Position numbers and translations under genes: made by a program. From a phage, in sequence record NC_107631.1: a DNA stretch of 50,078 nucleotides; one strand, 5' to 3'. Positions 27,312-37,535 of this stretch are shown in pieces. The notes beneath the pieces are model-generated. The model was not told the origin of the DNA, made no database searches, and saw nothing but the letters and a program-made list of their open reading frames with translations. Numbering within the stretch: position 1 is the stretch's first letter; every line of letters starts with the position of its first letter.

Positions 27312-27619
27312 GCGCGGTGTCCTGCGAGCGCCTTGATGTAAGTTGCCGTCAGATTGTACGCTGCTGAAGGATAATACTGTACCAGTTTACGCGCATTCTC
27401 TTCGTTAAATTCTTCTTCCAGATTCCATCCTGATGCGATCTTAGTGATGAAATCGCTATCATTCATTTCGCCCTGCTTCGCATACATATCTTGCACTTCT
27501 TTACTGGAAAGGTGGCGTACTGTAAAAATAATAGTCGCATCCTCGCCGTTTGGCATGGTGAACGTCACCGGAAGTTTGAAGTCTGGAAGCTGCCCCAACA
27601 CGAAATTGAATTTAGCCAT
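27302..27619 (-). CDS. tail assembly chaperone (gpG-like)
   Basis: Position between major tail and tape measure genes; ends in slippery site; conserved CAACCAATCAGGAG RBS. Confidence 0.6.
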   Translation of the reverse strand: MAKFNFVLGQLPDFKLPVTFTMPNGEDATIIFTVRHLSSKEVQDMYAKQGEMNDSDFITKIASGWNLEEEFNEENARKLVQYYPSAAYNLTATYIKALAGHRAKN

Positions 27620-27640
27620 GATGTTTCTCCTGATTGGTTG

Positions 27641-27657
27641 ATAGCACTTTTTGTTAA
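27641..27657 (-). promoter_or_regulatory. dyad element immediately upstream of RBS
   Basis: TTAACAA-AAA-GTGCTAT on the coding strand, directly abutting CAACCAATCAGGAG. Confidence 0.5.
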
Positions 27658-27700
27658 AAGTTAAGTGAATAAAGTTGATAGGATGATTTTACAGAAATGA

Positions 27701-27726
27701 ATAAGGGGGCGCAAGCCCCCTATGGA
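27701..27726 (-). terminator. intrinsic terminator/attenuator
   Basis: GGGGGCTTGCGCCCCC hairpin followed by TTATT on minus strand. Confidence 0.5.
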
Positions 27727-27732
27727 TAGGAT

Positions 27733-28401
27733 TTAAGCACTAGGCGAGGCCAGAGTGGAGGAAATGAAAGTAAAGTCACCTTTCAGGGATACGGCGAGTT
27801 CCACCGTTTCCATTTCGTTAACCTGCGTGGATGGAATATCGTTAAACGACAAGATACCAGCCCACATACGCATTTCGCTTGCTTTCGGCACGTACATTCG
27901 AACCGCTGTCACCTGACCAGACGAATCCAGCTTGCGCAGAATCGGGTAGATCGGGTTATCAAATTCGTGCGCGAAAGTGTACGTTAGCGATACCGCAGAT
28001 TTAAACGTTGGGATCTGCTGCTCTTTATCGTCGGACAAACACTGATAAGTGTAATACTGCTGCTCGCCGCCGTCCTGACCAATCTCCTGTACGCAAGGAA
28101 TCTCAGTCCAGCCAGTAATTTTTGCAAAGCTCATTGTACCGCCAGCCGGGAAAACAAGAGTATCAGAGGTGTCAATTCCAGCAAGAGTGACGCTTGTTTC
28201 TTGAGCGTCAGTAACAATTAGCACTCGACTAACCATCTTAGCCCAAGTTGACTGAGTTACAATAACGTAATCGCCTTTTACTAAGTCACCTTTAGATGCA
28301 ACTGTAGCAACAGGATTATCTGCATTAGTGATAGCGGTCGCCTCAATCTCTACTCCGCGAGAGGTTTCCACGAAAATTTGCGCGCCATTTGGTAAGTGCA
28401 T
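27733..28401 (-). CDS. major tail protein
   Basis: Position upstream of chaperone/tape-measure genes; 222 aa. Confidence 0.6.
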   Translation of the reverse strand: MHLPNGAQIFVETSRGVEIEATAITNADNPVATVASKGDLVKGDYVIVTQSTWAKMVSRVLIVTDAQETSVTLAGIDTSDTLVFPAGGTMSFAKITGWTEIPCVQEIGQDGGEQQYYTYQCLSDDKEQQIPTFKSAVSLTYTFAHEFDNPIYPILRKLDSSGQVTAVRMYVPKASEMRMWAGILSFNDIPSTQVNEMETVELAVSLKGDFTFISSTLASPSA

Positions 28402-28402
28402 A

Positions 28403-28801
28403 TTAAGTCTCCTTTGTGTCTACTCGTACTGTAAAGCGAACCGGAATCATCCACCCGCTTTCATGTTTAACAATTTGATGCACGATTGCACCCTCGAAAA
28501 TATAACCAACGTTAAGCATTTTACCATCTTTGAAAAAATCAGCAATCTCTTTTGCTTTCAATCTTGCCTCGTCAACGCCGGAACCTGGAGGGAACACTAC
28601 GCCGATCTGAACGATTGCGATGTAAGATTTACACTTTCTGTCAATGGATAGATAAAGCGTATCCCCTTCAATGTAGTTGAACCTCAGCCACATCCCGCCA
28701 TCCTTCGGCGGTGTGAAATTTCTGTTTTCCATGTAGTGAGGAAAGTCTCTGTACTTTGATAGAAAAGCAGCTCGCGCCGCCGCTGATAACTCATAGTGCA
28801 T
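28403..28801 (-). CDS. putative tail completion / tail terminator protein
   Basis: Position only. Confidence 0.35.
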   Translation of the reverse strand: MHYELSAAARAAFLSKYRDFPHYMENRNFTPPKDGGMWLRFNYIEGDTLYLSIDRKCKSYIAIVQIGVVFPPGSGVDEARLKAKEIADFFKDGKMLNVGYIFEGAIVHQIVKHESGWMIPVRFTVRVDTKET

Positions 28802-29234
28802 TTTGCTGTCTCCTTGCCTGCTTGATTGCGTCAGCCATATATGATCTCAGCCTTAATGCCACAAGACCGACAACGCCGCTCGGTGCTTGCTGTGAATGAC
28901 CGTACTCAAGAGCGTTTGCATAAATCAACATGTTTGAAAAGTGAACTGATGTTATCGCGCCGCCACGGCTGAACATACCATAAGTTTTGGCCTGCTCCTC
29001 ACCTCTGACGACACCGCCAGTTTTATCGTATCGGTTTAATGCGTGGTTAGGGATTTCGTTAAAAGTTATCTGCCAGTTACCCTTGAATCGACCTGTATCA
29101 ACAGGGGAGCGGCTAACAAGAGCGTCGTGAACATCCCTTACGAATATCTCTATAGCGTGCTCTAGCGTGCTTTCAGCGGCCTTAATCCACGCATCAATCT
29201 CACCTTGAAATCTACGAATCTGATAATTAGCCAC
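28791..29234 (-). CDS. putative head-tail joining protein
   Basis: Position only. Confidence 0.35.
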   Translation of the reverse strand: MANYQIRRFQGEIDAWIKAAESTLEHAIEIFVRDVHDALVSRSPVDTGRFKGNWQITFNEIPNHALNRYDKTGGVVRGEEQAKTYGMFSRGGAITSVHFSNMLIYANALEYGHSQQAPSGVVGLVALRLRSYMADAIKQARRQQNAL

Positions 29235-29607
29235 CGACTGATACCCTCCTCAATACCGGACGATAGGCGACAGGCTCTAATGACGCCTGAACCGGACGGG
29301 CGTCAACGACAACATGACGAACGCCATCAATCTCTATATAGTCACCTTCGTTTATTTCATGATCATTATTGAAGATCCCCAAAATATCTGAGGCGCGGAT
29401 AGTTTCCCCGTCAATCTCACGCGCGTTCGGTCTTCGCGTCGCGCCGGATATTGGAATAACCTTTTCCATTGGTGGGATCTCGAATCCGTTTTCATCATAT
29501 CCGTATTCACCTTGTTTTATCAGGTTCATAGGTCTTGACGGATCGGTGAAGAAAGCCACGCCTTTGCGAGCCATCCTTTCAATCTGTGAGTAGTTCATTA
29601 GTGGCAT
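29227..29607 (-). CDS. putative head completion protein
   Basis: Position only. Confidence 0.35.
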   Translation of the reverse strand: MPLMNYSQIERMARKGVAFFTDPSRPMNLIKQGEYGYDENGFEIPPMEKVIPISGATRRPNAREIDGETIRASDILGIFNNDHEINEGDYIEIDGVRHVVVDARPVQASLEPVAYRPVLRRVSVGG

Positions 29608-30008
29608 CCTCCACGGAGTCCTGTCATTAATGCGAATCGACCACGTCGTCGCGCCTTAAGCTGTTCGAACATCTTACCCCACGGCGTCGAAAGCATCATG
29701 TTTCCTGACTGGTTCTTCGTCACCTCTCCGAAAGTCTGGCTAAATTCACCGCTCAGGGAGAATGACGTAACGCGTCGTGAGTACGATTCAAGATCCTCAT
29801 CTTCACCTTTTAGCGCCCCATCAAGGAAAGCAAGGTGCAATGCATAAAGAGAAAGCGCCTTGATGTATGCATCTTTAAAGGTCTTCTGGCATACAAATAG
29901 CTCAGCCATTTCTACCCACGCATAAAGCGTTTCGTCTGGAACCTTACGAAGTGCCGGAACCAGCTTTCGCATTTGCTCAACAACTGCAATTAAAGTTTCT
30001 TGATTCAT
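29598..30008 (-). CDS. putative head-tail connector protein
   Basis: Position only. Confidence 0.35.
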   Translation of the reverse strand: MNQETLIAVVEQMRKLVPALRKVPDETLYAWVEMAELFVCQKTFKDAYIKALSLYALHLAFLDGALKGEDEDLESYSRRVTSFSLSGEFSQTFGEVTKNQSGNMMLSTPWGKMFEQLKARRRGRFALMTGLRGGCH

Positions 30009-30051
30009 AATTTACCCCCATAAAAAAGGCGCTACATGAGCGCCTTGATGA

Positions 30052-30339
30052 TTAATATTCGCCGCCGTCCTCAAGCTCTTTAACGCTTTTGCTATCCCAC
30101 GGATCTGGCTTCTTGATCTTTGCCATTTCATCGCGGATTTTGCGGTTGGTTGCACTGTCGTCTTTAACTTCGATTTCTTCGCGAGCAATTAAGCAACGCA
30201 GGCCAGGTAAATCAAGAACGGAAGCCGGAAGCGTGACCTCTTCATCTGGAAGAACTTTAGCAAAGGAACCATCTTCAAGACGGAACATCTGAAGAGCTAC
30301 ACCAACGTTTACGATAACAACAGTTTTTTCTTTAGCCAT
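30052..30339 (-). CDS. hypothetical structural protein
   Basis: 95-aa ORF after the major capsid gene; preceded by hairpin-T7-GGAG module. Confidence 0.4.
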   Translation of the reverse strand: MAKEKTVVIVNVGVALQMFRLEDGSFAKVLPDEEVTLPASVLDLPGLRCLIAREEIEVKDDSATNRKIRDEMAKIKKPDPWDSKSVKELEDGGEY

Positions 30340-30389
30340 TTTGATTTCTCCAATAAAAAAAGGGACTAACTAAGTTAGCCCCTATAATA

Positions 30390-31349
30390 TTACACGCCAG
30401 TGATTAAGACAATAGTCATCGGGCGATAAATTGTAAGACCAGTACACTTAGAGGTGCAAGGCACTTTAAAGTGCAAGTCTTTCGGTTGTGCTGGCAGCAT
30501 GTTAAATGCTTCCGGGATCTCGATGGACATGTTCATCGGATTCTTTTCGTACACCAGTACGCCTTTAGTGCCTGCGCCGTCAATATCCTCAAGCTCTGCG
30601 ATAGAGTCGATTTCGATACCGGAGTTCTGAGACTTAAAATAGTCCAGGTAAGACATGGTTGTCTCAGGCATACGAATCGCCAAAACCTTACGCATGGAAG
30701 GCGGGATCAGGATGTTGGTAGCTCGGTGCTGGCCTCGAGTAATCGTCTCGATGGTTTCGATCGCCTGAGTCAATTCCGCTTCAGCCGTTTCCGGTTTCTG
30801 AGTTGCGCCATCCATCCACTTACCGGAGGTAATTTTGGTGATGTTTGGATGATTGAACACGGACACAATCTTGTGCGGCGCGGAACCTTTGAACACCAGG
30901 CGGTTAACAAGCTGATCATGCGCCAACTGGCACGCACTTGCCTTACGGGTTGACAGTGGGCGACCAGTTGCCTGACCTGCTTTGATTTCGTCGATTGAGA
31001 TCAGATACGCGTTACCCAGACGGAACACCTTGCCAAACTCAGAAGTACCCAGGGCATCAACAAGCGGCAGGTCATCGGTGTAGTCAGCGATAATCTGAGC
31101 CGTACCAACCTTATCAAAGGTCATGTATTCAAACGCCTTGTCGGTCGGAGATAGATCGGTTGTAACCGGGAATACGCGTAGAGCGGAGCCTACCGGGTAG
31201 TCTTCTTCATAGGACTGGCTTTTGATGCGGTGTAGTTCCTGAGCGGTCCAGATACCCATCGTTGCGGCTGCATCCTGTTTTACGCCAGCCTGGATCAGAT
31301 ACATTTCAACATTGCTTTTATCTGCTTCATCAAATTTTTTAGTAGTCAT
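30390..31349 (-). CDS. major capsid protein
   Basis: 319 aa; sits after a scaffold/protease-like gene and decoration-like genes; strong promoter plus 5' hairpin. Confidence 0.65.
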   Translation of the reverse strand: MTTKKFDEADKSNVEMYLIQAGVKQDAAATMGIWTAQELHRIKSQSYEEDYPVGSALRVFPVTTDLSPTDKAFEYMTFDKVGTAQIIADYTDDLPLVDALGTSEFGKVFRLGNAYLISIDEIKAGQATGRPLSTRKASACQLAHDQLVNRLVFKGSAPHKIVSVFNHPNITKITSGKWMDGATQKPETAEAELTQAIETIETITRGQHRATNILIPPSMRKVLAIRMPETTMSYLDYFKSQNSGIEIDSIAELEDIDGAGTKGVLVYEKNPMNMSIEIPEAFNMLPAQPKDLHFKVPCTSKCTGLTIYRPMTIVLITGV

Positions 31350-31400
31350 GATTACTTCTCCGTAGTTAATAAAAAAGCCGTGATTATGTTCACGGCTTCA

Positions 31401-31429
31401 ATAATAGCACTTTTTGTTAAAGCGTCAAA
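31401..31429 (-). promoter_or_regulatory. sigma70 promoter with embedded dyad element, upstream of the major capsid gene
   Basis: On minus strand TTTGAC-N17-TATTAT with TG extension; the spacer contains TTAACAA-AAA-GTGCTAT; followed by hairpin AAGCCGTG..CACGGCTT and T-run. Confidence 0.5.
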
Positions 31430-31440
31430 GTGTTTTTATG

Positions 31441-32208
31441 TTATACATCAACCCCTGGCGTTGGCACTGCTTCTACGCGATAAGCAATGGTTGCCGTCGT
31501 CTTGCTGGCATCGTTAGCCGTCCAGGTAATATTAAAATCACCGACTGACTCTCCACCAACAGGAGTTACAAGACCTGAGTCCGGATCGACAGTGGCGATA
31601 TTGGTAGCGTCGATTGACCATTTGCCAGTCTTATCAGTTGCATTAGCCGGAAGAGCATTAGCTACACACTGGATCGTAACATTGTTTGGTTGAGGACTTT
31701 CCTTGTCAGTGGTGACTGTAGCGGACTCAACAAGAACGACAGGGGGCGGCGGCGGTGGAACGATGAAAGCATTTTGTTTCACCTGAACCTCAATGACATA
31801 CCCGTCCTCGTGCTTAACAAAGCCGCCAGCAAAGGTCCATCCTGCGGAACCAGATCCACCAGTAACAACTCCACCAGCTCCAAACTGCAACTTTGAGAAC
31901 AAGCTGGGAGCCTCATCAAGAGAAGTAAGCGCCCACACTCGACCGTGAGAAACGACGCTGCACACTTCACCGTCGAGGATTTTACCGCTCAGATGTTCAT
32001 ATTGGGAACGGAAAGCGATACCGTAAGGAGTTCCACCATCAGAAAGCGCCGTAACAACTTTTACACCATCAACGATGCCGACAACCTGAACCGCTGAGCC
32101 GAACTCAATGTCACCTTGAGCCACGCAAGCGCCATCAATATTGTAGGTTGAAGTATCAGAAAGATTTCCCGGACACGCGGGGCGCAAGAACAAATTTTCG
32201 TAAGCCAT
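31441..32208 (-). CDS. putative head decoration protein with C-terminal Ig-like domain
   Basis: N-terminal domain paralogous to 32272..32748; poly-Pro linker then Ig-like beta domain. Confidence 0.5.
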   Translation of the reverse strand: MAYENLFLRPACPGNLSDTSTYNIDGACVAQGDIEFGSAVQVVGIVDGVKVVTALSDGGTPYGIAFRSQYEHLSGKILDGEVCSVVSHGRVWALTSLDEAPSLFSKLQFGAGGVVTGGSGSAGWTFAGGFVKHEDGYVIEVQVKQNAFIVPPPPPPVVLVESATVTTDKESPQPNNVTIQCVANALPANATDKTGKWSIDATNIATVDPDSGLVTPVGGESVGDFNITWTANDASKTTATIAYRVEAVPTPGVDV

Positions 32209-32271
32209 AATGATTTCTCCATAAAAAAAGGACTATCCAAAAAAAAGGATAGTCCCCATATTAAACGCTAA

Positions 32272-32748
32272 TTACAGTTGATGCAACTGAACCTCAACAA
32301 GCTGAATATCTTTGTATTTAGTCCAGCCGCCAGCGTAGGTCCAGGTTGTTTCGATTGTGCCATCAGATTTCTCTTGACCATCAACATCAAGTTTAACGGC
32401 AGAGCCGAAAGTTGGTGCTTCGGTGGATTTGGAAAGCATCCATACTCGGCCTGAAGTCATCACGTTGATAGCGCCGCCATCTTCGTAAATCATCTGATTT
32501 TGAGCGTTAACAGTCTGCCAGTGAGATCGGATTGCCACGCCGTAAGGAGTGGTTCCGGTAGTAAGAGCCTTAACCAACTTATGACCATCAACCGCCTGAG
32601 CTTGAACAACTTGTACGGCAGCGCCAACAAGAACATCACCTTCATTAACGACACAAGCGCCGTCAATATTGTACTTTGAAGTATCCGCAACCATGCCCGG
32701 AAGCGCAATCGCCATATCTCGCTGATAAGATGCATTAATTTGTGCCAT
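32272..32748 (-). CDS. putative head decoration / capsid accessory protein
   Basis: Shares N-terminal sequence with 31441..32208 (..YNIDGACV..VGAAVQVV..). Confidence 0.5.
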   Translation of the reverse strand: MAQINASYQRDMAIALPGMVADTSKYNIDGACVVNEGDVLVGAAVQVVQAQAVDGHKLVKALTTGTTPYGVAIRSHWQTVNAQNQMIYEDGGAINVMTSGRVWMLSKSTEAPTFGSAVKLDVDGQEKSDGTIETTWTYAGGWTKYKDIQLVEVQLHQL

Positions 32749-32759
32749 GATATTTCCCC

Positions 32760-33872
32760 TTACATTACTTTGCTTAAACGTGAATTTGGCGTAACAGGCG
32801 CGGAGTCGTTTTTCTCTTCCGGCTTACCGCCTTCGATAGAGTCGCCTTTTACTGCTTTACGCTGAATAGCCATGATATCAGAATCTTTAGCAACATCAAA
32901 CATAGCGTCGATATATGCGTCTGATTTTTCACTAACATCTTTATCAAGCATGGCTTTAACTACGGCAATCTTGACGTCTTTGATATCAAGACCATCATGT
33001 TTGACACCTGCGGTTTCTGCTACTGCGGTAACTTCTGCGCGTGCGGCGGCATCGGCTTTTTGCTTCTCTACCTCGGCTTTAACCAGTTCCGGCAGGGAGT
33101 CAACCTTAACCTTCAGCGCATCGCGCTCAGCTTCGAAGCCATCAGCTTTACCCTGAATGGTGGCAATCTGCGCGGTTAATTTTTCGATATGGTTTGCAAC
33201 TTCTTCGGTTACTTCCACATCAACTGAGTCGATCTTAATTTTTTTCATTTGCTTGTCCTCGTTAGTTAATTGAACGTTATTATCATACGGGAACTCCTGC
33301 TCGGCATCAAGATTTAATTTAGCAATTCCCGCACGACCTTTGAAAACAAGTGCAATATGGTTAACCTTGATATTAGTCTGTACCGCGTCAAATTTCACCC
33401 AGCCTTCAGGCGGCGCTTCGTCCTGTTTCATATCCTCTTCGAAGATGTATTCTCCAGTCTCATTTGAACCCCAACCAGGCTTATCAATATCAACCGAAGT
33501 ATAACCAACAGATAATTCACCTGCTTCTTTTGCTTTAGCTTTGCTGATCGCGTAGTCGCTGTAAATACTCAAAGGAACTTCAACGCCAACCCCTGAAGCA
33601 ATACCAGCGCCAGCACACGATCCGACAACAACGTCCTTAGCATTCTGCGGAGTTACCGTTACGTGACCGACAGTAATTGGCTTCCCTGCAAAACTTTGCA
33701 AGGACTCTTGCTTGAAAACTTCGGACGCCGGACGGAACTCAACGCGATCGCCGTGCGGAGTCTTGTAAACCTGAGCACCGATTCGCGCCACGATTGGGCG
33801 GTCAACTAAAAAACCGTTATCATCAAAGTGCGCCTTGATTTTTACCGAATCGAATCTTTGCTTTGCCTTCAT
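32760..33872 (-). CDS. putative prohead protease / scaffold protein
   Basis: Start moved to Met15 with AGAGAGG RBS; C-terminal coiled-coil scaffold-like region; position upstream of the capsid gene. Confidence 0.45.
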   Translation of the reverse strand: MKAKQRFDSVKIKAHFDDNGFLVDRPIVARIGAQVYKTPHGDRVEFRPASEVFKQESLQSFAGKPITVGHVTVTPQNAKDVVVGSCAGAGIASGVGVEVPLSIYSDYAISKAKAKEAGELSVGYTSVDIDKPGWGSNETGEYIFEEDMKQDEAPPEGWVKFDAVQTNIKVNHIALVFKGRAGIAKLNLDAEQEFPYDNNVQLTNEDKQMKKIKIDSVDVEVTEEVANHIEKLTAQIATIQGKADGFEAERDALKVKVDSLPELVKAEVEKQKADAAARAEVTAVAETAGVKHDGLDIKDVKIAVVKAMLDKDVSEKSDAYIDAMFDVAKDSDIMAIQRKAVKGDSIEGGKPEEKNDSAPVTPNSRLSKVM

Positions 33873-33886
33873 TTTTAACCTCTCTT

Positions 33887-34639
33887 TTATGTGAATGCCG
33901 GAACAGCCCAACATCGGCAGTTGTATTCCTCGCCCGGGAATACGTGATCGGAGTCTACCGCTATGCGCTTACCTTCCCATCTTACATGTTTTTCACGTTC
34001 GCGTAAATCCATCACCCCGCGCCAGAAATAGTAAGAGACACCAGCGTCTTTTATGCGCTGCCGCATCAGTCTACTGTTCCAGGTTCCGACAATTCCCGAC
34101 GCCCTGTTTTTGGCCCAGCTTCGGTAAATACCAAATCGCTCCTTAGCCAGTTCAACAACAAAATCCTTGCTTTTACCCTGACCGGATGCCGCACGAAGTT
34201 TATCAGTGAAATCAGTAACCATGTTGGCGGCAAATTTCCTGATAGAAGTAGTCACCTGCGATCGCCACAGATTATATTGTCCTGAGTACCAGCTTTCGGC
34301 AGCGGTAGGACCAATCAGGGCAAGTAGCATCACGGCTTGATTCTTCTTACCTCCAGCATTGCGAGCGATACGCAGCCACTGCTTAGAGTTGAATTTATAG
34401 ATCGTTAGCGCAACGGATGATAGAGAACCAATAATCGGAGCGATGAGTGATTCAACGTAATCAAGCAATGACCTTTCCGTCTGATCTATCTCTTCGTCGG
34501 TAGCGTCAAATTTCATCGGCTTTAATTCGTCACGCATTTTTTCAGTTAGTTTGGCTGCTACATCCTGTAGGGAGCGCGACATTGCGCGCTCGCTCATTTC
34601 AGGGTAGCGCCACTGTGTTGCAACGCCATTAATTTTCAT
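33887..34639 (-). CDS. minor head protein (Mu F / SPP1 gp7-like head morphogenesis)
   Basis: Position directly after the portal gene; C-terminal CRCW motif. Confidence 0.55.
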   Translation of the reverse strand: MKINGVATQWRYPEMSERAMSRSLQDVAAKLTEKMRDELKPMKFDATDEEIDQTERSLLDYVESLIAPIIGSLSSVALTIYKFNSKQWLRIARNAGGKKNQAVMLLALIGPTAAESWYSGQYNLWRSQVTTSIRKFAANMVTDFTDKLRAASGQGKSKDFVVELAKERFGIYRSWAKNRASGIVGTWNSRLMRQRIKDAGVSYYFWRGVMDLREREKHVRWEGKRIAVDSDHVFPGEEYNCRCWAVPAFT

Positions 34640-35939
34640 CTTCTAACTTCTCCCCTAATCCCGGTTCCGGCTCGGTTGTTTCTTCCGGTTCGCGAATGTT
34701 GATGTTATTACCATCCTTGAGTTTGAACTCAGGGGCAATGGATCGCAACGTGTCGCGAGCTTCTTCCAGATCGATGATTTGCTCAGTGATAGCCTTCGTT
34801 ACTGACTCAACGTTATTCTTCGTGATCTCTGATTCCTCTTTCTTACTCGGAACAGACAAAGGCTCAAACTCGATCGACCACTCTTCCTCATCAACAATGA
34901 ACGGCAACAAGAACTCAAGAAGCGGCCTGTAATCTTCCTCGCGCTTGCGATCGACTAGCTTATAGAAAGTCTCAAGTGCTGTGTTTTGGCTCGCTGATAC
35001 GCCGCCTACGTTCTTATTCTTGATGATAATCTCATGAATCCCGGATAGGGAGACGATGCGGTCCATCTTGCTTGATAAGAACTCAGGAACTCCGCTGATA
35101 TCAGAGTTGAGAACGTCATATTCCTCAGTCTCAGCATCGATACCGATCGCACGGCCTACGCCGGAGTTATCATCAACCTGAGCAAGTCTCAGTCGCGCGG
35201 CATACTGAGCATCATCATCATCACACATTTCAGCAAGACCTTTGACCTTCCATACAGCCTGTTGCTTACGTCGCAAGATCTGAGTAGCCAGAGATTCACA
35301 GTAATCATAGTCACAGATTGCATCAATCAGTGACTTGTTCAATACCGAAGCTCCCCATCCTTGATTCTGCTTTCTTGCCTGTTGCGTTACTCGTTCACCA
35401 TCAGCAATAAAGACTCTTGAGTGATGAATCAGATACGGCTGCATATTGTCGCCAGGGGATACCTTGTAAATTTCAGGCTCACCATAGCGAGGAGATCTTG
35501 CATTGGTGACTCGCTTTTCAACAGTGATAGCAAATCGATCGTAAACTCGGACGCCTTCAAGTTTAGCTCCAGGCTTTGCCTGACTGGTTAACATCCGGTT
35601 GTCGTTGATGATTGCCACCATCGCCGCGCCACCGTAAAGTCGCGCCCAACAAAGAAGATCCACCAGACTTGAATCAAGTTTGTAGCTATCCCATAAAGAC
35701 TTGAACTCTTTTTCATCCTTAACGCCTGACATTTTAAAACCAGCCGTCACCATCTCTTCCGGGATAACATCCACAATTCGCTTCGCGGTTGCGTTGTCGT
35801 TGTAGAAAGAACCGACGTGATATGATGCATCAGACATAAAGAATGGCTTAGGCGATCCGTCCGCGCCGCCGTTAAAGATATCGTTATATCCATCATGCTT
35901 AACAATTTTCATGTTTCCTCCAATAAAAAGGGCCGTCAA
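34629..35939 (-). CDS. portal protein
   Basis: 436 aa immediately downstream of the large terminase; acidic C-terminus. Confidence 0.7.
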   Translation of the reverse strand: MTALFIGGNMKIVKHDGYNDIFNGGADGSPKPFFMSDASYHVGSFYNDNATAKRIVDVIPEEMVTAGFKMSGVKDEKEFKSLWDSYKLDSSLVDLLCWARLYGGAAMVAIINDNRMLTSQAKPGAKLEGVRVYDRFAITVEKRVTNARSPRYGEPEIYKVSPGDNMQPYLIHHSRVFIADGERVTQQARKQNQGWGASVLNKSLIDAICDYDYCESLATQILRRKQQAVWKVKGLAEMCDDDDAQYAARLRLAQVDDNSGVGRAIGIDAETEEYDVLNSDISGVPEFLSSKMDRIVSLSGIHEIIIKNKNVGGVSASQNTALETFYKLVDRKREEDYRPLLEFLLPFIVDEEEWSIEFEPLSVPSKKEESEITKNNVESVTKAITEQIIDLEEARDTLRSIAPEFKLKDGNNINIREPEETTEPEPGLGEKLEDEN

Positions 35940-35966
35940 TTGACAGCCCTAATTATATCTCATTTA

Positions 35967-37535
35967 TTACCGCTTAACCATCCCGGCGAGTCGCTTCATT
36001 CTCTCGATAGGATCATCAATGGTCAGCAATTCGATGTTCGCCGCATCCATGAAGTTATCGACGATATCATCATGCGGGTGGGTGTCATCGTAAGTAAAGG
36101 CGCTATGTTCTGCGATGATTTCCGCAAGCATAGGGTGCTCTTCTGGAAGAACCACGCGACCAGCCTTAATGACTGGCTGAGCATCCATCGCTCGGGTAAC
36201 TTTATCCTTGTTACGCTGCAATGGAGTGATAGAGATCGGAGTCTTCTTCCTGAGATTCTGGATTAAGCCCGTACCGCTTGCTTTGTCTTCCACGTAGATT
36301 TTACGAAGCACGCCCATTGATTTATTGTGCCTCCATGCCTGATTGACGAAAGCTGTAAATTGCCTCTCCATATCCGGCGCTTCCCACTTTCCGCGAATGC
36401 CGTCGATAAAGTAAACCTTATCATTCTTCTTGCCCCACAAACAAAATACCGTGTAGTCGTTTAGCTCGCCTGTCTTCTGAGCGGTATCGGCAGTGATGAA
36501 TCGGTAATCATATTTACCCGGATCTGGCTCGTCAGCGTCAAGACTGCTGCCGTAATAAGTCCACCACTCTGAGTTAAACACTGAGCCACCCAGCGCGATC
36601 GGTTTCTGCTGATACTGAGAATCAAAGGTATACTGATCTGCTTCTCGTAACGCTAACAGGTCGTGAACGCTTTCCTTGCTGGGCCAAAAAGAGTAATGCT
36701 TAACGCCATCCAATTCTACATACTCAGACGATAAAACATCACGCTCAAAGTAAGGCTGCAACCAATCAGGAAGCGTCTTTCCGTATTCTTCAGTAACCAG
36801 CGCCGGGATTGAGATTTGGTCAAACTCAATACCCATCCCGCCATTCATCATGAACCAGGTTGAATCCTGAGCATGCAGTCGTTGCTGAATTGCAATAATA
36901 GGCGTCTCGTTATGCATACGACGGGATCGAATGGTGTTTTTCAATAGCATGTGCGTACGCTCACGCTTAACCTTTGAGAACATATCATCAGGCTTGTCGA
37001 TATCGTCGAGCATTACCATCCCTGAGAATCCCGGCATCATGTAGCCACCACGCGAACCAGTAATACGACCGCCAGCCGCTGCGGATATCAACTCAAACCA
37101 AACCTTTCCGTCACTATTCAGAACCTGAATCTCTTCGTCTTTAGATGTGCCGAACTTGCAGGGCCATAGCTCCTGGAATTCGTTGCTGCTGATAATCTCA
37201 CGAACGCGCTTACTGTTACGCTTCACCAGGCTGTCGGCAAACGACACGTTAAGGTTACGAATCTTTTTACACTTAAGCATTGCGTACACCGGGAGGTGGA
37301 TTGAGAATATCTCAGTTTTTGATGATCCTGGCGTTACGTTAAAGATGGTGTTACCGCGACGACCCGCAACAATCTCTTCAGCCTCATGACACAAGTAAAT
37401 GTGATGCCAGTTCATTGAGTATTTTTGCGCCTGCATAATCTGGAACCATGCCCTAATCATTCCAGAGAAGCTTGCCTCAGATATTTTCTTTATAGCCAGC
37501 TTCTCAAGATTGTTTAACTCTTCCCATTGCAACAT
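35967..37535 (-). CDS. terminase large subunit
   Basis: 522 aa; ATPase-like N-terminus and nuclease-like C-terminus (..FITADTA..DYTVFCLWG..); followed by portal. Confidence 0.85.
   Translation of the reverse strand: MLQWEELNNLEKLAIKKISEASFSGMIRAWFQIMQAQKYSMNWHHIYLCHEAEEIVAGRRGNTIFNVTPGSSKTEIFSIHLPVYAMLKCKKIRNLNVSFADSLVKRNSKRVREIISSNEFQELWPCKFGTSKDEEIQVLNSDGKVWFELISAAAGGRITGSRGGYMMPGFSGMVMLDDIDKPDDMFSKVKRERTHMLLKNTIRSRRMHNETPIIAIQQRLHAQDSTWFMMNGGMGIEFDQISIPALVTEEYGKTLPDWLQPYFERDVLSSEYVELDGVKHYSFWPSKESVHDLLALREADQYTFDSQYQQKPIALGGSVFNSEWWTYYGSSLDADEPDPGKYDYRFITADTAQKTGELNDYTVFCLWGKKNDKVYFIDGIRGKWEAPDMERQFTAFVNQAWRHNKSMGVLRKIYVEDKASGTGLIQNLRKKTPISITPLQRNKDKVTRAMDAQPVIKAGRVVLPEEHPMLAEIIAEHSAFTYDDTHPHDDIVDNFMDAANIELLTIDDPIERMKRLAGMVKR

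Noticed and set aside
27641-27684. Plus-strand (antisense) promoters from the dyad elements at 27641 and 31404, since -10-like hexamers (TAGGAT, TATACA) lie about 28 nt to the right.
   Set aside because: Hexamers are weak and lack the conserved final T, and transcripts would be antisense to structural genes with no obvious product; possibly chance given the dyad symmetry.
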